A stretch of 58,358 nucleotides of DNA from Candidatus Berkelbacteria bacterium Licking1014_7 (GTDB taxonomy: Bacteria > Patescibacteriota > UBA1384 > GWA2-35-9 > CG2-30-39-44): the NCBI GenBank assembly GCA_007376535.1, contig VMGK01000002.1, positions 1 through 58,358 of the forward strand, read 5' to 3'. A program made the position numbers and the translations under genes. Every line of letters starts with the position of its first letter. Positions within the stretch are counted from its first letter, which is position 1. Of this stretch, positions 57,636-58,358 are shown piece by piece. The notes under the pieces are model-generated. The model had not been told where the DNA came from, did no database searches, and saw nothing but the letters and a program-made list of their open reading frames with translations.

Positions 57636-58190
57636 TTACAAATTTATATTTATCGCTTTTTTGCAAAGTTTATATCTCATTTGATAGGAATCATAAAGTC
57701 CTTGATCTATGGTTGTATCGTTCTCTTTTTCCATAAAACTGTAAAGGCAGACGCCGGAGGTATCTGGAACACCAGTGCCTCCGTTACCATCATATATCAT
57801 ATATTCGTTGTTAGCAGTGGTATTCTGAAAATATGTAAGTTTTTGCGCGGGAAAAAGACCCACATCGTATAGTTTGCCTATGACTGATCTGGTGTAATCG
57901 GCATTATCTTCTAAATCTAACCAGCCCGCTCCGGCTCCCTTGAATCCTCCTCCCGAAACCGCGTAGGTCCCGTTCTTTTCATAGTATAGATCCAACGCTT
58001 TCATTACTTCTGTCAATGTGGCTTTGCGCGCCGTGTCCCGGGCTTTGGCGGCTTGTCCCTGAAAAGTTACCACCATTATTCCTGCCAAAATGCCAATAAT
58101 CGAAATCGTCACCAATAATTCAATCAATGTAAACCCCGTTAGAAATATTCTTGAATTTCTAAACGGGGTAAACCCCTTTTTAGAAAACAT
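57636..58190 (-). CDS. type IV pilin-like protein with extended leader
   Basis: MFSKKGFTPFRNSRIFLTG/FTLIELLVTISIIGILAGIMV with GGAGGTG SD. Confidence 0.82.
   Translation of the reverse strand: MFSKKGFTPFRNSRIFLTGFTLIELLVTISIIGILAGIMVVTFQGQAAKARDTARKATLTEVMKALDLYYEKNGTYAVSGGGFKGAGAGWLDLEDNADYTRSVIGKLYDVGLFPAQKLTYFQNTTANNEYMIYDGNGGTGVPDTSGVCLYSFMEKENDTTIDQGLYDSYQMRYKLCKKAININL
58134..58168. repeat. hairpin CCCCGTTAGAAAT-attcttga-ATTTCTAAACGGGG inside the pilin leader-coding region
   Basis: 13-bp stem with one bulge, read directly. Confidence 0.85.
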
Positions 58191-58261
58191 TTACACCTCC
58201 TTACTATAAATTATTTTTTTAGACTTTCTTCCGCAATAACTTTTTCTACCTATTACTCTAA

Positions 58262-58356
58262 GAACCCATTGCAAAACTCTTAATCGTAGCGAAATATGAT
58301 CACATTTGAGCGAAAAATACGAAACGTGAGGAAGCATCCGCCAAGGCGGACGATGA
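58262..58356 (+). repeat. module H, identical to 50188..50282
   Basis: 95/95 identical by eye. The window ends at 58358. Confidence 0.95.
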
Positions 58357-58358
58357 CG

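Overview
AT-rich, gene-dense bacterial window read with the standard genetic code. Several traits suggest a Patescibacteria/CPR-type genome, which is inference only. These are no L30 gene between rpsE and rplO, shortened r-proteins, cdaA-cdaR, a DUF4012/Wzz/glycosyltransferase envelope cluster and tandem type IV pilin-like genes.

The minus strand carries most of the core information-processing genes. In coordinate order they are a PD40-like protein, secY, the spc and S10 r-protein operons (1.1-11.9 kb), tuf, fusA-rpsG-rpsL and rpoC-rpoB. These are followed by cdaR-cdaA, infB, gyrA, gyrB, an envelope polysaccharide cluster and fmt-def. A degenerate priA-like gene, lepB, a Kef-type antiporter, rplT-rpmI-infC, a DAGK-like gene, bactofilin and three pilin-like genes complete the strand. 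The plus strand carries a DksA/TraR-like gene, rpsP-KH-trmD, rplY and a MiaB/RimO-family gene. I found no rRNA, tRNA or CRISPR array.

Four things are not explained by housekeeping content:
1. Three orphan islands have their own promoters, Shine-Dalgarno sites and terminators.
   - 13.7-14.9 kb: a 317-aa gene inserted antisense between tuf and fusA.
   - 38.4-40.2 kb: an operon of paralogous Cys-rich zinc-ribbon proteins, a membrane protein and micro-ORFs.
   - 41.8-42.4 kb: a 74-aa gene with a double hairpin.
   - The 38.4-40.2 kb operon is my best candidate for an undescribed system.
2. Most other intergenic DNA is a mosaic of about ten reusable repeat modules, many with GC-rich hairpins. 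Some have fused onto the 3' ends of genes or sit inside pilin leader-coding regions.
3. Several first genes of operons have a -10 box exactly 6 nt upstream of the ATG, which suggests leaderless mRNAs.
4. The priA-like gene has degenerate ATPase motifs, and infC needs a non-AUG start.

All family calls rest on motifs recognised by eye. No database search was possible.
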